From: Octopus sinensis
Lineage: Eukaryota
Direction of reading: 5' to 3'
NCBI RefSeq assembly: GCF_006345805.1
Contig: NW_021835177.1
Location: 1-44,819, forward strand
DNA: 44,819 nt
Shown here: in pieces, positions 25,073-37,395 of the stretch
Layout: each line of letters starts with the position of its first letter
Position numbering within the stretch: the stretch's first letter is position 1
The notes under the pieces: model-generated
Told to the model about the DNA's origin: nothing
Databases searched by the model: none
What the model saw: the letters and a program-made list of their open reading frames with translations, nothing else
Translations under genes and position numbers: made by a program

Positions 25073-25123
25073 AACCGTTTCATCTCCAAGAAATCTCTCG
25101 ACGATAAACTGATGACAGTCCAA
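25073..25123 (+). CDS. Exon 2 of gene B (1-nt deletion as read)
   Basis: Same splice sites as 1546-1597; CC to C deletion. Confidence 0.65.
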
Positions 25124-25359
25124 GTAAGAACTAATTTTACAGCTAAAGTCTTTACCCGTGACTCATTAACAAATGATTTATAATTTCACCAACTTTGAAT
25201 TAGTTCCACATTATTATCCATATGTCCACAAAGATGTAGGCTAAGACATTTGCCTGCATTTATTTTAAAATATATTCTACTTTACAATAATTTCCTAAAT
25301 AAAAGTTTTACTTAATTACTATGCCATTTATTGTGTGTATATGAGTATATATGCAGTGC

Positions 25360-26810
25360 TACGTCGATAATTGTACCAAGCCCTCTTCATAAATGCAATC
25401 ATTTGAACATCCATATAAGTATTTTATGGCAACCAGTATTTACCCATTAAACTCACCTTCCTGGTAAACCATCCGCAACATGCCCCAGGGCACGTGATCT
25501 TGAGCTTTCCGTGGTTTACAGCGTATAAAACCTTGGAAATAATTCAATGTTTGCTGGAAGATCAGTCTTGAACGAATCTCTGGTCGGGTGTACTTGTCCA
25601 GGACGGTAATCTTGGGCGCGACAATTTCCCTACATATCTTTTCCTGACATCTAGTGTCGACCTTCTATAATTAGAATACACTCTTGGTCTCAATTTGAAA
25701 AGATTATGATTGTCACCCCATATTACCATTGCCTTGTGTGTTTTTTCCAGGGTTCCCATCCACCTAGCACTACATGGGTCACTCAGAGAATACCATCTGT
25801 ATTTAAAGTTTCTAAAATATCAAGCCGAACGTGCTTTTCACCAGCAGCTTTATCACTTTTAAGTGAGTTTAGCTCAAATAAGCGTTCAAACGAAGAAGAA
25901 CTGCCGAAAAACATAATACAATCACGAATCCATTTCGATGCCAACTTCATTCAGGCGGGTCACTCTCAATTTGGATGCAAATGTCTCCACATTTTTGTTT
26001 CTGATCCCAGCATCCACTGCGGCTTCCAACTGTATTCTGTAGGTCGCACTGGATTTACCAATTTCCAGTATTCGGAAGACTGTAGGAATTTCAGGTTTTT
26101 AGACATTTAGGTAGTGCCGAGTGACAACTCCCCTCCCCTTCCTTTTACCTGAACGTTCAGCAAAGAGTGAAAGAGGACCGAAATCTATCAAAACCTCTGT
26201 CACCAGGTATTTCTATATCAGGCACCCTTATAAATATCCCTGTCTTAAAATAATATCTTTACCATAGAGAGGAGAGTGTGTATCTGCACTGAAGGCTGCT
26301 ATGACCTCTCCATTAAGTTCACTGACGACATTCCTTCCAATCAATCTTCTCACGGTTATCAGTGCCAAGGTGTGCACTGAAGTCTCCTTGCGGGACAAAT
26401 GACTATACCCCAAATATATCTAAAGATGAGGTGAATTTGCTTAGGAAGGATTTGTATTTGACCCAGCTGTTTGCTGCATATACTTACAGCAGCCACAGTG
26501 GTCTTTCATATTCAGCCTTAGCTTCAAGAGGCGAACCCTCACACCTAGTAGGTTTCACTCCATTATACAATCCGAAAGCTGGGGATTGAGAGTATCCTAA
26601 TCCCACCTGTGCAGACGTTGCTGGCACCACAGTTGCGTAGTGGAGTATCAAGACTATATCGAGCTGTACGCTATCGGAGAAAGGAAATTTCGTAGAGGGA
26701 GACACCGATTATATCTACAGGCAGATTATATCTAACAATTTTGACGTTTTAATTCTCAATTATTAAAGGTTGTTCCTTCTTGATCTGCTTTGGTGTCCTG
26801 AGACCGTCAA
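25360..26810 (-). mobile_element. RTE-clade LINE remnant in intron 2 of B
   Basis: Close to 1830-3780 but lacking ~530 bp (X ~1848-2375). Confidence 0.78.
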
Positions 26811-27429
26811 TTATGTGCTCCCCCCACGCACCCCAGATTAATTTGCAGGCTTCTTGCTGGTTGGCACCGGTATGGGTGGGGTGTGCTATACATTTATCGA
26901 ACGGACTCCTCTACTCGAGATCCGGATGTGATGTCTTTTAACTAAATCGACAAATGATGCGGTATGGTTGTTATTTTCATATTGTAGTTATGATGGCCTA
27001 TTTGCGCCGAGCTCCAAAATGATATTTGTAATTGACCGATGAATATTCGCACCTGGCGAATATTTTATCATATATTCTATTGCGTTTTATCATTATTCTA
27101 TTGAGAAGTATATATACTCATACCCAAGTTTACGTATCATACATACACATCCTATCATAGCGGAGACCGATACACATTCTGATATTCTTAGATTATCTCT
27201 CAAATCTTTGACATCAACGTCACCAACAGGCTCAACAGACAAATGTCTTTTTTCTGTCTTTACAATTTATTCTTATTATTACATCTTTCGTTCTGACTTT
27301 CATTCACTCGTTCTTTCTTAAATTCTATATTTCTCTCTTATCCATCATTCCTTCCCATCCAACATCCTACTTTGTAAATGATCCCCCAATTCTTTCTTTT
27401 AAACTACATTATTCATTTTAATTTCGCAG

Positions 27430-27504
27430 AACCGGTCTCGGATCATTGTATACCCGGTGGGGCAGAACAACTTGTCCTCCTTATTCAAAAACTTGTATAT
27501 GACG
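27430..27504 (+). CDS. Exon 3 of gene B (GSLYTRWGRTTCPPYSKLVYDG; -1 and +1 homopolymer indels as read)
   Basis: ttcgcag / gtttga, 75 nt, homologous to 12988-13062. Confidence 0.78.
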
Positions 27505-28259
27505 GTTTGATACTTTATATTTCTGACCTCTCATTCTCTTTTTGTTTTTTCTTGTTCTCTTTTTATACCTCTCATTCTCTCTTTTGTTGCCTCTCTTTCT
27601 CTCTCACCCTCTCCTCACGCACATGCACACACACTCACCTTTGTCGGTGTGTCTGACATAAACATTCTCAAATCCTTTTATGATATGTCACGTTTCAAAC
27701 GTCTATACCTGTAGACTAAACAGACACTACACAAGACTGCTTACTCCTTTGTAGGTATTTGGTCAAATCAGAATATTGTATGTTGTCTACTACGGACCAA
27801 GTGAAAAGGATGTTGTCTAACCACAGAATATAGATATCTCTACGATAAATTACAGACAGGAGCTGGACTAAAATCCACCATGGCGATCCAGAATTTCTGG
27901 CTGACCAGCTTTGGATTGTAGGATATTAAATACCGAGGCTGCTAACTGGTGATCAAGTGTACAGGCTACGGATGTGGTATTGTACATGAGTGACCAGGAC
28001 TGAAAGTGCCACGTGACTATCATTAACTAGAGTGCCCAATGATCGCAGGTGTTGGCTAAATTGAATAGAGTATATTAGAATTGATGACAGTGACTGTAAA
28101 CGATTAATGAATGAACGCACAATTGTAGAATGAGGACTGGACAAGCCACCATACTGTAACTGATGGAAAAAGCTAAGGACTTTATTCATTAAGGAAAATA
28201 GAGAGAGACTAAAATATTGTGAGAGAACAGAACAGAGTACAGAATGCACTTCTATTCTT

Positions 28260-28860
28260 CTCCGCCTCACGAAGTCGTATCGCTAAAACCTTGCTCTTTT
28301 CATGCACAACATCACCTCATTAATTATCCAGTATATATTGTAAGGTAATTACGACACTTCCAATTCAAAACTGCTGCTACAACCTCTTCCCCAATCAACC
28401 TCACAATCCCTAAAAATGCTCTGAATCTGCTCTCTGTAACCATACACGTATCCTTTATCGGTCGCCCACTCCGCCGTCCATTCATCTTAAGCACTAAGCC
28501 ATCACTGAACCTCACAATTTTTCCTCCACACTCGTTTCTGTGTATTATTGATGAAATAAAGTTGTGTGATCATAACGTCTATGTAAGCTGATTTGTCGAG
28601 TCTAAACGAGTGGTTTAGCCACTGACTCTCGTATGATCGACTAAACAACATTTCATCGACGGTTACCCACCACTTCTCCATCTGACTCGTCGTTCCCCTA
28701 TTGTCCTACTCAAACCTCCTACAATTTCCACCATCAAAATATATCCGTTCACACGTGAACATCTTTTCCATTTCGGATAAACACGAGTGCATGCGTTATG
28801 AAATATTCTTTTATTTCTCCATCTATTGACACCCACCGAAAAAAAACACCTACCCCATGC
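28260..28860 (-). mobile_element. RTE-like 3' fragment in intron 3 of B
   Basis: Paralog of 13780-14350 (LVLKMNGRRSGRP). Confidence 0.5.
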
Positions 28861-29109
28861 AAACATACAAATATCCACGTCGTAACCACAAAAACTTACC
28901 CGTATTACACAAAAATATATTATAATATAAATGGAGTTGACATGAAAACAATCGTGCCGCATTATCTTGGATATCCTCGTTGCTTACTACGATAATATAT
29001 AACATACATATACATACATTATATATAATATCTATATATATATATATATATATTATATATATTATATATATATATATAATATATACATATATATATATAT
29101 AATATCTAG

Positions 29110-29143
<34 letters not shown>

Positions 29144-29379
29144 GATATATATATATATATATAATATATATTATATATATGAGAAGGTATATGTACAGTT
29201 ACGATTCAGCAACACACAGTTTACACTCATATAAACACTAACATATATACACTACAATTCGTTCACACGTGACTAAGCATGACTTCTTTTAAGTGAAAAA
29301 TTGTAATGAATGTTTCCGTTATTTCGTATATAATTTTGCTTAATATCTTTTTTAATTGATTTATTCTTACTAATTCAAG

Positions 29380-29875
29380 GTGTGGCTGGTGGACAATGGT
29401 ACGGCGACACAGGTGGCGGAAGTAATCTCTTATGTCTACCCAACGATCCCATTTGGGCCAATTATACGACAGAAGTTGAAGAAGGTGGTCACATTTTGGC
29501 AGTGAATATGAACTAACTTTTTACCCAACTAATAAACTCTTTTCTTTTGCCAACGCTGAATCAATTCATGATCACAACGTTCCGTGTGCTGTCTGTTTGA
29601 CACGAAAACCTGCTGTTGTTATGATGTTACCCGCCAGGACAAAGTGTTACGCTGGTTGGACAGCTGAGTATTCGGGATATTTGATGACCGCGAGTTCTGT
29701 ACATAAGGGCAGACTTGAATATGTGTGTGTGGACTATGCTCCAGAAGCTGATCCAGCAGGTTACAGAACGAAATGGAGCTCTGCTGCATATTGTTCAGGC
29801 TGCTTGTGGTTCATTGCCATGTCCACCGTATGTCAATGGTCGAGAATTAACCTGTGTTGTGTGCAGTAATATTGA
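29380..29875 (+). CDS. Exon 4 of gene B, short-chain collagen C4-like domain (four single-base homopolymer deletions as read)
   Basis: ttcaag|GTGTGGCTGGT acceptor in the correct phase; homologous to 15082-15579. Pseudogene versus read error is unresolved. Confidence 0.8.
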
Positions 29876-31439
29876 ATAGAAATTTACATTCGTTTCTATA
29901 TGAAAATTTATGTCGGCGAATCATAAAATATAATATAATAAAGCAACATATACGTTTCTTGTAATTATGTTTCGCAGTATTTTATCCAACTAATATATGT
30001 CGTTAATTAAATTGCTGCTACAAGTTTTCAGAAAATATTCAAAACGAAACAACAGAGACGTCATAGAATGTGACAAATAGCTTAACAGAACGATGTAATC
30101 CTCAGGGAATGATTCTAGAATACATTTTATGTGTTCAGTTTATCAAATTTAAAAGTTCAAATAAAATGATTCGTTAAATGTGTGTTGTATTCCGTCTTAA
30201 AATGAAAACAATCCCCAAATGAAACACCTCCGTACAAATATATCACCCTTTCATGATCAATCTTCAAAAAACACGATAAAAGCTTATAACTAACATCACT
30301 AATGGTTTAATAAAAAAAATACTCCCATACGTATCATTGTAACTATAATCGATGCGATGAAACCTCTGCAATCCAATCGCGGATATTGTCTAATAAAGCA
30401 TATTTGATCTTCACTGAAGAAATACCACAAACTGTTGACTAACTAACTACTTATCAGGTTACTAACACATTGAAGCTTTCACGAAACACTTTCGACAAGG
30501 GTACAAGTACACGTCCCACGATTAACTATTTTCAATCAACATTCACATATTCCCGCTTCTCTACAAAAATCACACACACACACACAGCATCAATCGAATC
30601 TACAGCAACACCACAAAACATCAAGTTCAACAAATTATCTCCGTCTGTAACATAAAACTATGAAACTCGCAGAAGAGGAACTTGCTTCGAGATACATGCA
30701 TACAATAACTGTAACACACATAAACGACTTAGTAAGGAAAGGAAGACGACTTATAAAATATACATTAGGTGGAATCAGTGCAACATGTTGAGTCTTTCAC
30801 ACTATACCCAGCATGATTGCTCCTTGTATGTGGGAGTTTGTAGAATGGCTGCCAGATAAACGAAGGATCCGTGGAAAGAGGGATCTGTGGGTGGCAGCAC
30901 GTTTTTTGTCCGATTAATTGCGTGCCATAAGAATGCTCGATGTGAAAAAGCTAGAGAAAAAGAATAATAATTAAGTAATATGAAAGCACGAAATGCTAAT
31001 TGACAAATGAATATATGGAAACATTCAACATGGCGTTTCCAGTGAACAGTATTAGCGCTCAGTATTAGGCATAAGCAATTTTTAGGTTCGTTAAAATGTG
31101 CTAATGGCATATTTCAAACTCTAAACGCAAATTCAGTGCAGGAAGCTGCAAAAACAGCATATCAGTCCAGTGCTGCTCCCTATCGGGTTCCAGTTCAGTC
31201 GTTATCAAGAGAAAATACCGAAGAGGGGAATTTCTGGACAAACTTAAAGCTATAGCTTTAAATTAAACATAGTCAACAACAACGAGTAAGTGACGCCATT
31301 AGAGCGCCAGGCTGGAGTCTGTCGTGAGTTACCTCCCTTCGGTATTTCTCTTTGATAAATACTTCGCTAGAGGAGTTGACTTCAACCTTGTGCCCCATTA
31401 GTAACTGCGGTCGGTCGTACGGGTCCGCATCTTTCTTCT

Positions 31440-31511
31440 CTGTGTGTGTGTGTGTGTCAGTTTTTGTGTGTGTGTGTGTCAGTGTGTCAGTGTGTGTGAG
31501 TGTGTGTGTCA

Positions 31512-31543
<32 letters not shown>

Positions 31544-31930
31544 CAGTTTGTGTGGTTGTCTGTGTGTGCGTGTGTCTGTATGTGTGAGTGTGTTTGTCAG
31601 TGTGTGTGTGTGTGTATGTCAGTGTGTGTGTGTTTTAATGTGTATGTGTTTTTCAGTGTGTGTGTATGTCAGTGTGTGTGCGTGTCAGTGTGTGTGTGTG
31701 TATGGCCGTGTGTGTCAGTGTGTGTCAGTGTGTGTGTCAGTGTATGTGTGTGTGTATGTTTATGTCAGTGTGTGTGTGTCAGTGTGAACGTGTGTGTTTG
31801 TATGTCAGTGTGTGTATGTGTGTCAGTGTGTGTGTGTGTGTGTGTTGGTGTTTGTGTCAGTGTGTGCTTGTGTGTGTGTGTGTGTGTGTGTGTCAGTGTG
31901 TGTCAGTGTGTGTGTGTGAATGTGTCTGTG
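31440..31930. repeat. (GT)n/(GTCAGT) compound microsatellite upstream of gene C
   Basis: Direct reading. Confidence 0.9.
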
Positions 31931-32349
31931 TATTTGTTGGTTGAACGAAATACTTCCCACACTGAATATTAAAACAGTTTCCCAAGAATAACAAATAAAA
32001 TTAAATAACAACATTAGTAAATAAATATATCATAATATATCCAGAAACAGGAATCATTTCACTTTACACGTGTCTCTCATTCATCAAAATATTTTGCTAA
32101 TTATTGTGTGACAATATCAAACCATCTCTTTCCAATAATTAAACCTGCCAGACAAGTTCACACCCGCTTTTACAGTTCCACCAATCGCATTGGTTCATAA
32201 ATTTACGATGAGATCTATGCCAGAGCTGGGTTGTTGTGCGCTCAATAAATACGTGGAATTCAGTTACAGGTCTTCAGCTTAAACCTCGCATCTCGATTTT
32301 TTGTTGAAGCCACACGAAGTATCACTTACGACCGACAACTGTCACCAGA

Positions 32350-32493
32350 ATGGATTTCGCACAACTGTCCAGGAATATTTCGCAGCGTTATTCCATTTCT
32401 TCTCTCATAGCTTTTGGGGTTCTTCTCGTTCTGACGATCGTGATTCTTCATCAAGATTCAAGAATAGGAAAAATGGAGGAGAAATCAAAAACG
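32350..32493 (+). CDS. Exon 1 of gene C (48 aa, signal anchor / TM)
   Basis: MDFAQ...GKMEEKSKT, ACG|gtaagt. Confidence 0.78.
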
Positions 32494-32845
32494 GTAAGTC
32501 ATGGATTTTGTGTTAATATATTTATGTCTTTATGTATTTATATATGTATGTATGCGTGCATGTATGTATGCACCTACGTATGTATGTATGAATATATTGA
32601 TGTATGTACGTACGGATGGATGGATTATTGTAAGGATGTATCCATGAACCATGTACATATGTTTCTATAGTGCACACACCACCATACGTTACATCACACA
32701 CGTAATCATACAAAAACACAGAGCACACATCTAAATATACATATGTGTATATACATATATATACATATACATGTATTTATATATATAATATACATATATA
32801 TGTATATATAAATATACATATATATGAATTTATTAGTGCGTGTAC

Positions 32846-32876
<31 letters not shown>

Positions 32877-32880
32877 ATAT

Positions 32881-33564
32881 TAAGGTATGTAGAAAAATAC
32901 AACATGGACAAGAACGTATAACTCTTAGAAGACGACACAATAAACATGGACAGACATTCGAACCCCTCAGTCTTCAGTCAAGAACCGGATCATCGTAGTA
33001 ATTTCGGCTGATTAATCTTGAGATTACTAGATCACGGCCAGCCCTCCAAGAAAAACTAAGCAACGAGCATTAGAAAAACTAAGCTGGAAGCGTAGATTTC
33101 CTGGAAGAAGGATCGAATGCATACGAACACCAGGACAGCAAAAGGGACAGATATAAAAAAACAAAAACCAATAATGGAATACAGAAACATGAAATACAGA
33201 AGCATTAACGGTGAAAACAACAAGTGGTCTTACGAGTGATAACAAGCAAACAATTTTTTCTCTGGCGCATTGGAAGAACCTTTATAGCGGCGGACGAAAA
33301 ACAACGATGTTAACACGACGAGGGTCAGGAGCTGAAAGGCAGATTTCGGCCAACAGTCACGTGACAGAGAAGAGGGAAAAGAAAAGAAAGAGAAGCAAAG
33401 GAGAGAGAGAGAGACGAGGGACAAAACGCAACAAAGAGAGAGAAGAGAGAGAAAGAAGGGATCAGAGAGGAGAAGGGATGGGTGTCGAAGAATGACCTGT
33501 GAGTGCAGAGCGAGACACAAAAAAGGAGGGTAAAGAGAAGAGAAAAAGAGGATGAGTAGAGAGA

Positions 33565-33598
<34 letters not shown>

Positions 33599-34000
33599 GA
33601 CAGATCAAGTAAAAATGAGAGAGAGAGGGAGACACAAAGAGAGTCGTACCAATTATTAAGAATATGTGCTCACATTAATGATAAGGTGGGTACGGGGCGC
33701 CTGGAATATATGTTAAGGTATGTAGAAAAATACAACATGGACAAGAACGTATAACTCTTGAAGACGACACAATAAACATGGACAGGACATTCGAACCCCT
33801 CAGTCTTCAGTCAAGAACCGGATCATCGTAGTAATTTCGGCTGATTAATCTTGAGATTACTAGATCACGGCCAGCCCTCCAAGAAAAACTAAGCAACGAG
33901 CATTAGAAAAACTAAGCTGGAAGCGTAGATTTCCTGGAAGAAGGATCGAATGCATACGAACACCAGGACAGCAAAAGGGACAGATATAAAAAAACAAAAA
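32881..34000. mobile_element. Non-autonomous element bounded by ~287-bp direct repeats, inserted in (TA)n; class uncertain
   Basis: 32881-33167 and 33714-34000 are nearly identical; no TG..CA ends; absent from the matching site in gene B (~20950). Confidence 0.65.
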
Positions 34001-34005
34001 ATATA

Positions 34006-34037
<32 letters not shown>

Positions 34038-34242
34038 TCATATATATATATACAAACATATATATGCGTGTGTGTATCGCTCTCTCTCTCTATTATATTT
34101 ATTTTGGTTTCTCAGAGTCCCTATTTGAAGTAGAAGAAATAGCTATGTTTTTTGACTGCTATTTCTAAACTTTGGGGTGTGGTAAAGCAAATCTTTGCTG
34201 AACCCTTATTATTAAGTATGTGTATATATATTATTTATATAT

Positions 34243-34883
34243 ATAACATAAGGGACATTAGCCATCTGAATGTGGCTAGGGTCAGGGCAGGGCGGTGGGG
34301 GTGTTACTGATGCATTTAGCCTCAGGCGATCATCAACGTCACCAGGAGGGCTGACACCATCACAGCGTCCTCTAGCCTGCAAAGGGAGATCATTTCCCGA
34401 AGAAGCGGATGCCACATACAGACCTAGGTTTCAAGGTATTTGCCTATTATCAACGCATGGCAGGCACCGCTCCCCGACGAATAACTCTCTGTGCAGCATA
34501 TATATAAAGATTTTCACAGTAAATACATTTACTGATGTAGAAAATCCGTTCGACAGCAATAATAATTCTCTAAACGAGATATAGACAGTAACTGCTCCAA
34601 CGGATTTTCTACATCATAAATGTATTTACTGTGAAAATCTTTATATATATCCTGCACAGGTCCGTATGTGGCATCCGCTTCTTCGGGGAATGATCTCCCT
34701 TTGCAGGCTAGAGACGCCGTGATGGTGTCAGCCCTCCTGGTGACGTTGATGATCGCCTGGGGCTAAATGCATCAGTAACACTTCCACCGCCCTGCCCTGT
34801 CCCTAGTCACATTCAGATGGCTAATGTCCCTTATGTTATGGAGCAGTTACTGTCTATATCTCGTTTAGAGAATTATTATTGCT
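34243..34883. mobile_element. Compound foldback element
   Basis: Inverted arms 34243-34551 / 34599-34839 with a ~64-bp indel; the spacer (~34556-34600) recurs inverted at ~34839-34883. Confidence 0.75.
34415..34459 (-). ncRNA. Decayed type I hammerhead (core C3U and G8A)
   Basis: CATGCG TTGATAA tAGGcaaataCCTt GAAAC CTAG GTC TGTATG: palindromic stem III, GUC site and stem I pairing retained. Confidence 0.45.
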
Positions 34884-35010
34884 ATATATGTATATATATA
34901 TATATATATATACAAACATGTATATGCGTGTGTATCTCCTTATCTCTCTATCTCTCTCTCTATATATATATATGTGAGTTTGTATGTGTGTGTGTGTGTG
35001 TGTAAATATA

Positions 35011-35210
35011 TTCTTTTACCCGTTTCAGTCATTTGATTACGGCCATGCTAGAGCACTGCGTTTAGTAGGACAAATCGACTTCAGGAATAATTTTGGTAAG
35101 CCGAGTGCTCATTCTATCGGTACCTCTAGCCGAACCGCTATATAACGGGGACATAAACACACCGACATCACTTGAGAAGCGATAGTGGCGCGACAATCAC
35201 AGACACATAC
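35011..35210 (-). mobile_element. SINE tail fragment (gene C counterpart of 21096-21290)
   Basis: Direct similarity. Confidence 0.7.
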
Positions 35211-35214
35211 ATAC

Positions 35215-35257
<43 letters not shown>

Positions 35258-35411
35258 GCACCCTTCTTTCAGTCTCAATCTACCAAATCTACTGACATGA
35301 CTCAGATCAGCTCGAGGTTAGAGTGGTAGGCATTCGTCCAATTTTGTACCCAGTGGAAGTGAACAGAATACCTTGTGGTTACGAAGCGAGTGTTTTACCA
35401 CACAGACACTG

Positions 35412-35450
<39 letters not shown>

Positions 35451-35479
35451 TATATACATATATACAGATAATGTGTGAA

Positions 35480-35726
35480 ATATAATTAATTTAATATAAT
35501 CAATAAATTTCACCTAGTAGGGAAAAGGACCATATACGGTAAAAAATTTATAATTATAATAAGGGCTCTTTGCAACAAGTGGCTTAAACCACATGCCGAA
35601 AATATTAGAAATAGCAGTCAAAGAGCTACCATTTCTACCATTGTTTAATAGAAATGGTAGGCCTTTGACTGCTATTTCTAATATTTTCGTATGTGTTTAA
35701 GCAACTTATTGCCAAAACCCTTATTA

Positions 35727-35735
<9 letters not shown>
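35480..35735. mobile_element. Short foldback element related to the 68-740 family, in (TA)n
   Basis: Imperfect palindrome 35551-35732; shares AAAAGGACCAT, TAAGGG and TAGAAATAGCAG blocks with 68-240. Confidence 0.6.
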
Positions 35736-35770
<35 letters not shown>

Positions 35771-35839
35771 ATATACATATATCACCCCTCGGTCTGGAAT
35801 CGAAAGCGCGATCCTACTACCACTGGGCCATTGTACCTC

Positions 35840-35875
<36 letters not shown>

Positions 35876-35989
35876 CACACACACCATACACACACACATA
35901 TATATATATATGTATATATATATACATATCATATATACGTACACACATATAATAGTTACGTATATATATACATACATATCTATCTATCA

Positions 35990-36157
<168 letters not shown>

Positions 36158-36869
36158 ATATATATATGTATATATATGTATGTATATATACATATACACA
36201 CATCACGAAGAAACACAAAGAAGAGTGGAATTGTACTCCTGTCCGATCGCTCTTTCACCAGACATAATCCTGGAGAGGGAAATAAGTGCGTAATGAAAAA
36301 AATCTAATGGTGGGGTTCCAGCATGGCCATGCCCTGTCGCTGCAACGTTTAGCCCTATTAATATTAGTCTTAAGTATTATATCTAGATGTACACTTGCAC
36401 ACACGCACAGAAACGGACACATACAAACACACACACACACATAGGAATACGTACATATTTACACACATTTATCTATTTCTCTCCATCGGGAACGGAAGTG
36501 AGGCGAGTTTTTTTGAATCTTTTCTTTCCAACTGAAATTAAAACGTGCGAGTGCCAATGTAGATCGGTGAATTTCGTAATGTTTGACTGTAATTCACGTT
36601 GGTTTTTATATATGACAATATGTAAGAACGAATGTAAATACATACACACAGACACACGGGCAAACACACGCACAAATAAACACAAACACACACACATACG
36701 CACGCACACAGACACACGTGCTCAATTGTACACGAACAATCACACTATACAGTGTATGTCCACTCACATATATGTGTGCGTTTGTGTGTGTGTATGCGTA
36801 TAAGTAGATACGTATGTTTGTGATATTTATGGTGTGAATGCTAAAGTATACGTGCATACGTATATATTG

Positions 36870-36917
<48 letters not shown>

Positions 36918-37124
36918 ATGTGTGTGTTTTGTGTGTGTGTGTTTGTATATGTGTGTGTGTTTGTATATGGTGTGTGTGTTGTGTTGTGTGTGTGTTTGTA
37001 TATGTGTGTGTGTTGTGTGTGTTGTGTGTGTGTGGTGTGTGTATAGCACCTTTCTTTCAATCTCAATCTACCAAATCTACTGACATCATGGCTTTGGTGT
37101 GTGTGTGTGTGTGTGTGTTTGTGT

Positions 37125-37395
37125 GGAAGCGCTGTGCCCCAGTGGTTAGTGCAGCGGAGTCACGGTTGTAGGATCGCGGTTTCGATTCCCAGACTGGGCG
37201 TTGTGAGTGTTTAAAGCTCTACGAGGCTCAGGGAGTGGGTTGTGTTGATCTCTGCTGTACTCTTTCGCTACAACTTTCTCCCTTTCTTCTATTGGCCTGC
37301 TCGCTTAGCCCGCGGGGTGGCGTCATTTGAAGGCGAAAACAATGCGAAGCGCATTGTGACCGGCGATGTGTAGCAACAACTGATAGCCTGGTCGG
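37125..37395 (+). mobile_element. tRNA-derived SINE (gene C counterpart of 22740-22975)
   Basis: GGTTTCGATTCCC B-box, same body. Confidence 0.72.

Noticed and set aside
27378-27656. ORF EPVSDHCIPGGAEQLVLLIQKLVYDG as a novel compensated-frameshift exon
   Set aside because: It is exon 3 read through -1/+1 homopolymer indels; the conserved YTRWGRTTCP frame is the homologous one.
32945-32985. CTGAAGA...GAAT-GTC on the minus strand as a hammerhead (also ~33780-33820)
   Set aside because: GAAA is broken and stems I and II do not pair convincingly; not called.
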